Of a stretch of DNA of 53,663 bases, positions 1-6,167 are shown piece by piece. Numbering within the stretch: position 1 is the first letter of the stretch; each line of letters begins with the position of its first letter. The stretch comes from a virus. Its lineage: Duplodnaviria; Caudoviricetes. The position numbers and the translations under genes were made by a program. The stretch spans positions 1-53,663 of IMG/VR virus record IMGVR_UViG_3300037424_000334, one strand, 5' to 3'. The notes under the pieces were generated by a model. That model was not told the DNA's origin. It worked only from the letters and a program-made list of their open reading frames with translations, and made no database searches.

Positions 1-91
1 CAGTTCAATGATTACCGGCCTCGTCCTTTTGGGTCGAACGGGTACAGTCGAAGCCTCCGGGCTCTCCAAACACACCGAGCTATAATCCCTT

Positions 92-164
92 TGCGGGGAG
101 GTTTGGCTAACCCAGCCGGTCTCATAAGCCGGTCACGACGGTTCGATTCCGTCCTCCGCAACCA
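92..164 (+). tRNA. tRNA-Met(CAT), initiator-like acceptor stem
   Basis: Acceptor TGCGGGG/CTCCGCA-A-CCA, anticodon arm CCGGT-CT CAT AA-GCCGG, TTCGA T-loop; 3xGC initiator motif incomplete. Confidence 0.85.
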
Positions 165-172
165 ATTCAAAT

Positions 173-247
173 GCGGGCGTGGTATTGGAGGCAGTGCCTC
201 GGAGTGCCACTCCGAAGATGCGAGTTCGACTCTCGCCGTCCGCACCA
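173..247 (+). tRNA. tRNA-Gly(GCC)
   Basis: Anticodon arm TCGGA-GT GCC AC-TCCGA; T-loop; encoded CCA. Confidence 0.9.
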
Positions 248-253
248 GACAAT

Positions 254-329
254 GCGTAGTTGGTCTTCGTGGCGAGGGCCTCTGGCTTCCAACCAGATGA
301 GGTGGGTTCGACTCCCACACTCCGCACCA
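254..329 (+). tRNA. tRNA-Gly(TCC)
   Basis: TCTGG-CT TCC AA-CCAGA; T-loop; CCA. Confidence 0.9.
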
Positions 330-334
330 AATAC

Positions 335-406
335 GGGCTTCCCTCCGGGGAGGAGTCGAGTCTTGCAAACTTGACGCGCAGGGTTCGACTCCCTGGAGGT
401 CCACCA
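335..406 (+). tRNA. tRNA-Ala(TGC), degenerate D-arm
   Basis: CGAGT-CT TGC AA-ACTTG; G3:U70 Ala identity pair; CCA. Confidence 0.85.
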
Positions 407-459
407 ATTCGTACACGGAATAGACGCTCCGTGTACTGACAAAAGGAGATTCGGGTTAC

Positions 460-535
460 GGGTGTGAAGCACGAAGGCAGTGCGCCAGTCTGTCTAACTG
501 GTTATGTGCGGGTTCGAGTCCCGTCACACTCGCCA
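460..535 (+). tRNA. tRNA-Asp(GTC)
   Basis: CCAGT-CT GTC TA-ACTGG; G73; CCA. Confidence 0.9.
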
Positions 536-539
536 ATAG

Positions 540-614
540 GGGCGGTTCGTATAGCGGCGAATACGGCTGTTTTACACGCAGCTTACGGGGGTTCGAGTCC
601 CTCACTGCCTACCA
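540..614 (+). tRNA. tRNA-Val(TAC)
   Basis: GCTGT-TT TAC AC-GCAGC; CCA. Confidence 0.9.
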
Positions 615-618
615 TCAC

Positions 619-694
619 AGGGGCTTGGTATAGATGGCTCGTGCCCGCGCCCGATAAGCGTGAGATGTCGGTTCGATTCCGGCAGCCCCAACCA
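619..694 (+). tRNA. tRNA-Ile(GAT)
   Basis: CGCGC-CC GAT AA-GCGTG (C33); A1:A72 mismatch; CCA. Confidence 0.85.
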
Positions 695-746
695 TCACCC
701 GCCGATAGGCAGCCGACAAGTTCAACGGGTCGGCGGGAGCGAATAC

Positions 747-835
747 GGAGTGGTCCGCTGTAGATGGACGGCACCCGGTCTCGAAAACCGGTGGGGTCCT
801 TACGGGCAGGGGTTCGAATCCTCACCGCTCCGCCA
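747..835 (+). tRNA. tRNA-Ser(CGA)
   Basis: CCGGT-CT CGA AA-ACCGG; long variable arm; G73; CCA. Confidence 0.9.
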
Positions 836-991
836 GTTCGGTCTCCCGCCAGCATCGGCCTGCGGGAGTTACGTCGGAGAGGCTTATCGCAAGGCTCCGA
901 GCCAATCATGAGAGTCTCGCACCGATGTGCCTGTGCGAGGAATCACAAGCACCCGAGGCGGGCCAAAAACGGCCTCGGACCCGTGACACAG

Positions 992-1078
992 GGACGGTTG
1001 CATGAGCGGCAAGTGGCCGGTTTGCTAAACCGAGGCAGCCGAAAGGCTGGGAAGGTTCGACTCCTTCACCGTCCGCCA
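992..1078 (+). tRNA. tRNA-Ser(GCT)
   Basis: CCGGT-TT GCT AA-ACCGA; variable arm CAGCC-GAAA-GGCTG; CCA. Confidence 0.9.
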
Positions 1079-1138
1079 ACACCGCACGAGATGCGGAGAA
1101 TGTGAGAGCTAATCGCCGCACGAGCGGCAAACGAATAC

Positions 1139-1221
1139 GGGTGCGTGGCGGAATTGGCATACGCGCTGTCTTGAGAAGGCAGTCCTCACGGTTGCAGGTT
1201 CGAGTCCTGCCGTGCCCACCA
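1139..1221 (+). tRNA. tRNA-Leu(GAG)
   Basis: CTGTC-TT GAG AA-GGCAG; Leu-type D-arm; CCA. Confidence 0.9.
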
Positions 1222-1225
1222 ATAT

Positions 1226-1300
1226 GCCGGTGTAGCTCAGATGTAGAGCAGCGCCTTTGTAACGCGACGGTCGGAGACTCAAGCACTTCCATCGGCACCA
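1226..1300 (+). tRNA. tRNA-Thr(TGT), degenerate T-arm (possible pseudo)
   Basis: Canonical TAGCTCAG..GTAGAGC D-arm, loop TT TGT AA, T-loop CTCAAGC lacks TTC; CCA. Confidence 0.7.
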
Positions 1301-1305
1301 GACAT

Positions 1306-1381
1306 GCCTTGTGTAGCTCAACGGTAGAGCAGCGCCCTCGTAAAGCGACGGCAGTGGGTTCAATTCCCACCCTCGGCACCA
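1306..1381 (+). tRNA. tRNA-Thr(CGT)
   Basis: Loop CT CGT AA; imperfect acceptor stem; CCA. Confidence 0.8.
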
Positions 1382-1386
1382 GTTAC

Positions 1387-1460
1387 GCCCCTGTCGTTCA
1401 GTGACAGGACTCCGCTTTGGTAAGGCGGATACCGGGGTTTGATTCCCTGCGGGGGCACCA
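1387..1460 (+). tRNA. tRNA-Thr(GGT)
   Basis: CCGCT-TT GGT AA-GGCGG; CCA. Confidence 0.88.
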
Positions 1461-1464
1461 ACAT

Positions 1465-1540
1465 GCGTGTGTGGCGAAACGGTAGACGCAGCGGTCTCAG
1501 AAACCGAAAGCTGGAGGTTCGAGTCCTCCCACTCGCACCA
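1465..1540 (+). tRNA. tRNA-Leu(CAG), short variable loop
   Basis: GCGGT-CT CAG AA-ACCGA; Leu-type D-arm GGCGAAACGGTAGACGC; A73; CCA. Confidence 0.88.
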
Positions 1541-1592
1541 ATTCGTATGCGATTTTGGCCATGAGAGGACCAGAATCGCATACAGACTAATC

Positions 1593-1669
1593 GCGACGGT
1601 CGTCTAGCGGCCAAGGACACTTGCCTCTCAAGCAAGAGACCACGGGTTCGAATCCCGTCCGTTGCTCCA
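1593..1669 (+). tRNA. tRNA-Glu(CTC)
   Basis: CTTGC-CT CTC AA-GCAAG; Glu-type TCGTCTAGCGG D-arm; CCA. Confidence 0.92.
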
Positions 1670-1705
1670 TCACTGTCACAAGAATGTATACATTCTTGGG
1701 ACAAC

Positions 1706-1782
1706 GCAGGGTTCGTCTAGCGGTCTAGGATGGTTGCCTTTCAAGCAATTAGACACGGGTTCGAATCCCGTACCCTGCCCCA
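1706..1782 (+). tRNA. tRNA-Glu(TTC)
   Basis: GTTGC-CT TTC AA-GCAAT; CCA. Confidence 0.92.
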
Positions 1783-1838
1783 AATTCTTGTGAAGGGTAC
1801 AGCAGAATAAACTTGTGGAGGTCCGACAGAATAGACTT

Positions 1839-1927
1839 GAACCGGTGGTCCGAGTGAACGATGGCAGCGGACTCTTAATCCGCCGAGCGCAAGCCCAACG
1901 CAGGTTTGAATCCTGCCCGGTTCTCCA
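1839..1927 (+). tRNA. tRNA-Lys(CTT) with long variable arm
   Basis: GAACCGG/CCGGTTC acceptor; GCGGA-CT CTT AA-TCCGC; ~16-nt variable region; U73; CCA. Confidence 0.85.
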
Positions 1928-1966
1928 ATCCGTAACGGTTTTTCAGGAGGTGTAATCGTTTTTCAT

Positions 1967-2054
1967 GAACCGGTGGTCCGAGCGAACGATGGCGGCGGAC
2001 TTTTAATCCGCAGGCGCAAGCCCAACGCAGGTTTGAATCCTGCCCGGTTCTCCA
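1967..2054 (+). tRNA. tRNA-Lys(TTT) with long variable arm
   Basis: Near-identical paralog of 1839-1927; GCGGA-CT TTT AA-TCCGC; V-arm GGC-GCAA-GCC. Confidence 0.85.
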
Positions 2055-2055
2055 C

Positions 2056-2138
2056 ACGAGCGTGGCTGGAATGGTAGACGCGGCGGGCTCAAACCCCGCT
2101 TCTTCGGAGTGCAGGTTCGAGTCCTGCCGCTCGTACCA
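2056..2138 (+). tRNA. tRNA-Leu(CAA)
   Basis: GCGGG-CT CAA AC-CCCGC; V-arm with TTCG loop; CCA. Confidence 0.9.
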
Positions 2139-2142
2139 ACAT

Positions 2143-2218
2143 ACCCCTGTAGCGCGCTGGATGCGCAGCGAGCTTCTAACTCGCATGGGAGTGGGTTCGA
2201 TTCCTACCGGGGGTGCCA
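2143..2218 (+). tRNA. tRNA-Arg(TCT)
   Basis: GCGAG-CT TCT AA-CTCGC; CCA. Confidence 0.9.
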
Positions 2219-2227
2219 ACAAGGGAC

Positions 2228-2256
2228 TTGACACGCGGCGAAGGCTCGTGTATGGT
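2228..2256 (+). promoter_or_regulatory. sigma70-type promoter internal to the tRNA array
   Basis: TTGACA-17 bp-TATGGT; the same two boxes occur at 51442-51470 (-). Confidence 0.75.
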
Positions 2257-2411
2257 TCGCGAATGCTAGGGCAAAAGTAGTCAACCGAAGGGACGACGAA
2301 ATCAAGGCATCCGGCAGCCGTGTCGCTGGGGAGCATGGTCTAGGGCAAGCTCAACCCCCTCAGACCACCTTTAACCCGACCCGCAAGGGTCATCTCGATG
2401 GAGTGGTATCA

Positions 2412-2486
2412 TGCGGCGTAGCACAGAGGTAGTGCGGCGTGCTGTTAACACGACGGTCGTAGGTTCGATCCCTACCGCCGCAGCCA
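2412..2486 (+). tRNA. tRNA-Asn(GTT)
   Basis: GCGTG-CT GTT AA-CACGA; U1:A72; G73; CCA. Confidence 0.92.
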
Positions 2487-2556
2487 TCGACTCGCTCAAT
2501 TCGCAGCGACAGCATCAACGATTTTGTTGGCGACAGTCCTATCGCTAACCCTGTTT

Positions 2557-2642
2557 GTCAGGGTGCGTGAGTGGACGAAACGGTCGCGCTGTAAACGCGA
2601 TGGCTAGCGCCCGCGTTGGTTCGAATCCAACCCCTTTCACCA
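2557..2642 (+). tRNA. tRNA-Tyr(GTA)
   Basis: TCGCG-CT GTA AA-CGCGA; long V-arm; two acceptor mismatches; CCA. Confidence 0.85.
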
Positions 2643-2650
2643 GTTTCAAT

Positions 2651-2725
2651 CCGGAAGTAGCTCAGCGGTAGAGCGGAGGTCTGAAAAGCCTCGCGTCGGT
2701 GGTTCAACTCCATCCTTTCGGGCCA
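2651..2725 (+). tRNA. tRNA-Phe(GAA)
   Basis: GAGGT-CT GAA AA-GCCTC; CCA. Confidence 0.92.
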
Positions 2726-2729
2726 ATTC

Positions 2730-2805
2730 CTCCCCGTAGCACAGCGGAAGCGCATCGCCCTCCGAAGGCGAATGGACGCAGGTTCGAATCCTGTCGGGGA
2801 AGCCA
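2730..2805 (+). tRNA. tRNA-Arg(CCG)
   Basis: TCGCC-CT CCG AA-GGCGA; C1:A72; CCA. Confidence 0.9.
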
Positions 2806-2808
2806 CAG

Positions 2809-2884
2809 AGTCCCGTAGCTCAGAGGATGAGCATTCGACTACGAATCGAAACGGACGTGGGTTCGAATCCCACCGGGACCGCCA
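2809..2884 (+). tRNA. tRNA-Arg(ACG)
   Basis: TTCGA-CT ACG AA-TCGAA; A1:C72; CCA. Confidence 0.9.
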
Positions 2885-2887
2885 TAA

Positions 2888-2962
2888 CGCTGGTTCGTTT
2901 AACGGCAGGACCTCGCTCTCTGAAAGCGATGATCGCGGGTTCGACTCCCCGACCGGCAGCCA
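2888..2962 (+). tRNA. tRNA-Gln(CTG)
   Basis: TCGCT-CT CTG AA-AGCGA; C1:A72; CCA. Confidence 0.9.
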
Positions 2963-2965
2963 CAC

Positions 2966-3035
2966 TGGGAGTACCAAGGCGGTGAGCGCGCCTTTGAAGC
3001 GTGCGAGTTGGGTCCGAGTCCCAAGCTCCCGGCCA
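2966..3035 (+). tRNA. tRNA-Gln(TTG), truncated D-arm
   Basis: CGCGC-CT TTG AA-GCGTG; 70 nt; T-loop TCCGAGT; CCA. Confidence 0.75.
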
Positions 3036-3077
3036 ATCCTGCGCATAGGAAGGAATGCGCAAGTTTGAACTGTCTAT

Positions 3078-3155
3078 GCTGCGCGTAGTCTAATGGCCAA
3101 GACGCCTGACTGTGAATCAGGAGAAGACGTGGTTCGATTCCACCCCGCAGTACCA
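3078..3155 (+). tRNA. tRNA-His(GTG), alphaproteobacterial type
   Basis: CCTGA-CT GTG AA-TCAGG; G1:U72, A73; CCA. Confidence 0.88.
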
Positions 3156-3159
3156 ATGA

Positions 3160-3230
3160 GGTGCGTGAGCCAGAAAGTGAGGCGGCAGCTTGCAAACCTG
3201 CTGAAGCCGGGGCGGTACCGGCACGCACAT
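3160..3230 (+). tRNA. tRNA-Cys(GCA), degenerate T-loop, no encoded CCA
   Basis: Loop TT GCA AA; U73; T-arm GCCGG-GGCGGTA-CCGGC. Confidence 0.65.
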
Positions 3231-3232
3231 CC

Positions 3233-3307
3233 GGGGGTGTAGCTCAACGGTAGAGCGGCGGCTTCCAACACCGCGCGTAGTGGGTTCGACTCCTACCTCC
3301 CTCGCCA
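3233..3307 (+). tRNA. tRNA-Trp(CCA)
   Basis: GCGGC-TT CCA AC-ACCGC; canonical D and T arms; G73; CCA. Confidence 0.9.
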
Positions 3308-3367
3308 TTCCCTTGATTTCCTCCGATCCCCGTGGCAATCTCCCGCGCGAGGGTCGGAGGAACAAGC

Positions 3368-3787
3368 ATGGACATGAACGAAATTCGCATGAGCGCCTTC
3401 CAGATCGTGGCCGGGCGCTTGAACAACGAGTGGGCTACAATCGACGATCTCCTTGCGCAGACTCAGAAGATCGTCGGCTATGTGGTGGACCCGGACATCA
3501 CCGAAGATGAGAAGGACGTGGTGCTGGAAAACCGCAAGGCGCGCGAGGAGCGTAACATCGGTCGCGCGATGCGAGACCTCGTGAGCCGCAGTGCGCCGTT
3601 GCCCAAGCGCCGTTGGAACCCCGACATCGAGCCTCCGGCAGACGAGCCGGGCGCTGTCGGCGAGACCGCCGTTGTACATCCGCCGAACTTGGAAAAGCCT
3701 AGCGAGCGCTACGAGGAACCCGCTGAGAGCGACATCCTTCCGCAGCATTTTCGCCCCCTGGTTCCCGAGAAGGAGATTCCGTTTTGA
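3368..3787 (+). CDS. hypothetical protein
   Basis: GGAGG RBS before ATG at 3368; phage-typical codon use; coupled to next ORF. Confidence 0.7.
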   Translation: MDMNEIRMSAFQIVAGRLNNEWATIDDLLAQTQKIVGYVVDPDITEDEKDVVLENRKAREERNIGRAMRDLVSRSAPLPKRRWNPDIEPPADEPGAVGETAVVHPPNLEKPSERYEEPAESDILPQHFRPLVPEKEIPF

Positions 3788-4023
3788 GCCCGCTCGGCCT
3801 TTACATCTCGAACTGGCTGGCCAACGGCCCCGGTTTGATCCAAGGGTCGTCGCCGGATGACTTGTGGGCCAAGGCGCATCTTGCGTCCGGCCTGGAGCAC
3901 CATGCAACCCAGCAAGAGTTCATCGACGCGCTCGACCGCGCCGGATACCGCGCGCAGCCGCGCCGGTTCCGTGGCGAGAACGTGTGGGTGCTCGCGCTGC
4001 CGGAAAAATTCAAAGGGATGTGA
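3784..4023 (+). CDS. hypothetical protein
   Basis: TTGA start/stop overlap with upstream gene. Confidence 0.6.
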   Translation: MSPLGLYISNWLANGPGLIQGSSPDDLWAKAHLASGLEHHATQQEFIDALDRAGYRAQPRRFRGENVWVLALPEKFKGM

Positions 4024-4024
4024 C

Positions 4025-4429
4025 ATGGCAACACACCGCAGCCTCAAGGCGATTCTGAAGGAGACGACTCAGGTCCACGGCTCTGTAGACATCGCGCCTC
4101 AGATCGACAGCACCGTCACCTACGCCGGTATCGTTCGCGAGAGCCCGGTGGACATCCTGTACGAGCGCAATCCCGTCACCGGCCAGCGCTACATCAAGGT
4201 CAAGGTCTGGTGCAAGACGAAGCCCGGCCTGTTCCGGTTCACGCACATCAAGGTCGCCGGATCGGAGCGCGAGATGCAGCAGAAGTGCGGCGTCGTGGCA
4301 GGCGTCATGGCCGAGCAGCTTTGCGCGCTCTACGGCAACCTCGCGGCGGAGCCCTCGGAGTGCGCCAAGTACGCTGGTCGCCACTTCCATGAGCTTTGCG
4401 AGCATCTGCGCAGACAGAACGCCGCGTAA
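4025..4429 (+). CDS. hypothetical protein
   Basis: ATG 1 nt after upstream stop; strong GC3 bias. Confidence 0.7.
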   Translation: MATHRSLKAILKETTQVHGSVDIAPQIDSTVTYAGIVRESPVDILYERNPVTGQRYIKVKVWCKTKPGLFRFTHIKVAGSEREMQQKCGVVAGVMAEQLCALYGNLAAEPSECAKYAGRHFHELCEHLRRQNAA

Positions 4430-4466
4430 TCGTCCGTACACTGATTGTCAATGATTCGGGGTTGCT

Positions 4467-6092
4467 ATGTACGAGCCTGGGAAAATCCCGGACCTCGAAG
4501 ACTGGGAAGTCCTCGATAAGAAGTTCTGCGGTGGGTTCAGCGAGGGACGAAACCTCGTATGGTGGCTCGTGGCCGACGATTCCGAGCGCGGGAGCACTTG
4601 GCACCCGTTTCTTGTAGACGACGACATGCGGACCATCGTGGAAGCCCCGGCGTGGGCTCCACTTCCCGGCTCGCAGATGGTTTTCCTCTCCTCGCCTGTG
4701 TTCGAGACGCTCTACGAAGGAAATCGCGGCGGCGGCAAGTCGGAAATGCTTCTGTTCGACTTCGCGAAGGATGTCGGCAAAGGCTACGGCGATAACTGGC
4801 GCGGAATCCTGTTCCGCAAGCAGTTGGGCGACCTCGACGAGATGGTTCGCAAGGCCGAGATGCTTTACGGCAAGCTGTTCCCCGGATTCCGCTTCCTCCA
4901 TTCGAAATCCGACTACGCGGCGGTCTGGCCGACCGGAGAGCGCCTGCTGTTTCGCCACTTGGCGAATGAGGAGGAATACCAGGAGTACCACGGCCATCAG
5001 TACCCGTGGATCGGCTTCGAAGAATTGACGCAGTGGGAGAATGACAAAGCGTACCGTAAAATGTTCTCGTGCTGCCGCGCGACGGCGCAGGGCGTGCCGA
5101 CGCGCATCCGCGCAAACACGAACCCGTCCGGCGTGGGCCATAACTGGGTGAAGAAGCGCTTCCGGCTTCCGCGTATGAGCGGACGCATCATTCGCGTGCC
5201 CGGCGAGGAGCCGCGTGTCGCGATTCGCTCAGACCTCCGCGAAAACTTCCCGCTGCTGCATAGTGATCCCGGCTACCCTGCGCGTATCCGCGCCGCCGCG
5301 TCGAGCCCCGCCGAGGCGAAGGCTTGGGCGGACGGAGACTGGGACGTTACATTCGGCGGCATGTTCGACGATCTCTGGAAAAAGGAAATCCACATCATTC
5401 CGGACATCAAGCCGAGTGCGGCCCCGCGCGGCTGGAAGTTCTCGCGCGCATACGACCATGGCCAGAGCAAGCCCTTCGCTTACGGCCTGTGGGGCGAGAG
5501 CAACGGCGAGCCCATCCGCATTCCAATGAAGGACGGCGAAGGGAAGCTCGTCGGCTATCGCCACATCGGAAATGTGCGCGGCGATCTCATCCTGTTCAAG
5601 GAGTGGTATGGATGCAAGGACGGCGAGGACGACACGGGTGTGCGAATGCTCGCCACGGCTATCGGCGAAGGCATCCGCGACCGCGAGAAGGACTGGGGAG
5701 TCTCACATCGCGTGAATGCCGGACCGGCGGATACGGAAATCTGGTCGAAGGACAATCGCGGCACGCAGCGCGCCCCGGTAGACGATTTCGAATCCAAGCT
5801 CGGCATCGACTGTTTCGAGAAGGCGGACAAGTCGCCCGGCTCGCGCATTCGTGGCTGGCAGACGATCCGCGAGTTCATGGAGGGATCGAGTCCTGGTCCG
5901 GATGGCTCGCGCGAGAAACCCGGCATCTTCATTTGCGAAGGGTGTATCCATTGGATCGAACTTGTGCCGCCGACACCGCGCGACCCGGCGAACCAGGATG
6001 AAATCCCGGATAAGTATGAGGATCACCTTGGGGACATGACCCGATACCGCGTGATGTGGAGCCATTCTTTCATGGGCCAGTCCCACTTCTAG
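4467..6092 (+). CDS. terL: terminase large subunit
   Basis: Walker A EGNRGGGKS, Walker B IGFEE, NTNP coupling motif, nuclease motifs AYDHG and EDHLGD. Confidence 0.93.
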   Translation: MYEPGKIPDLEDWEVLDKKFCGGFSEGRNLVWWLVADDSERGSTWHPFLVDDDMRTIVEAPAWAPLPGSQMVFLSSPVFETLYEGNRGGGKSEMLLFDFAKDVGKGYGDNWRGILFRKQLGDLDEMVRKAEMLYGKLFPGFRFLHSKSDYAAVWPTGERLLFRHLANEEEYQEYHGHQYPWIGFEELTQWENDKAYRKMFSCCRATAQGVPTRIRANTNPSGVGHNWVKKRFRLPRMSGRIIRVPGEEPRVAIRSDLRENFPLLHSDPGYPARIRAAASSPAEAKAWADGDWDVTFGGMFDDLWKKEIHIIPDIKPSAAPRGWKFSRAYDHGQSKPFAYGLWGESNGEPIRIPMKDGEGKLVGYRHIGNVRGDLILFKEWYGCKDGEDDTGVRMLATAIGEGIRDREKDWGVSHRVNAGPADTEIWSKDNRGTQRAPVDDFESKLGIDCFEKADKSPGSRIRGWQTIREFMEGSSPGPDGSREKPGIFICEGCIHWIELVPPTPRDPANQDEIPDKYEDHLGDMTRYRVMWSHSFMGQSHF

Positions 6093-6167
6093 CTGCCGGT
6101 TGACTTCCGGGGGCTCCGCGTTCAGATTCAAGGGGGTGGCCCGCTTTGGGCGCGAGGGCTAGTGGAC

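Noticed and set aside
2143-2218. Amber suppressor tRNA (CTA within the loop) or genome recoding
   Set aside because: The 7-nt loop CT-TCT-AA centres on TCT (Arg); genes end normally in TAG, TGA and TAA.
12-3365. Many short ORFs over the first 3.3 kb
   Set aside because: They overlap tRNA genes and translate tRNA motifs; not real CDS.
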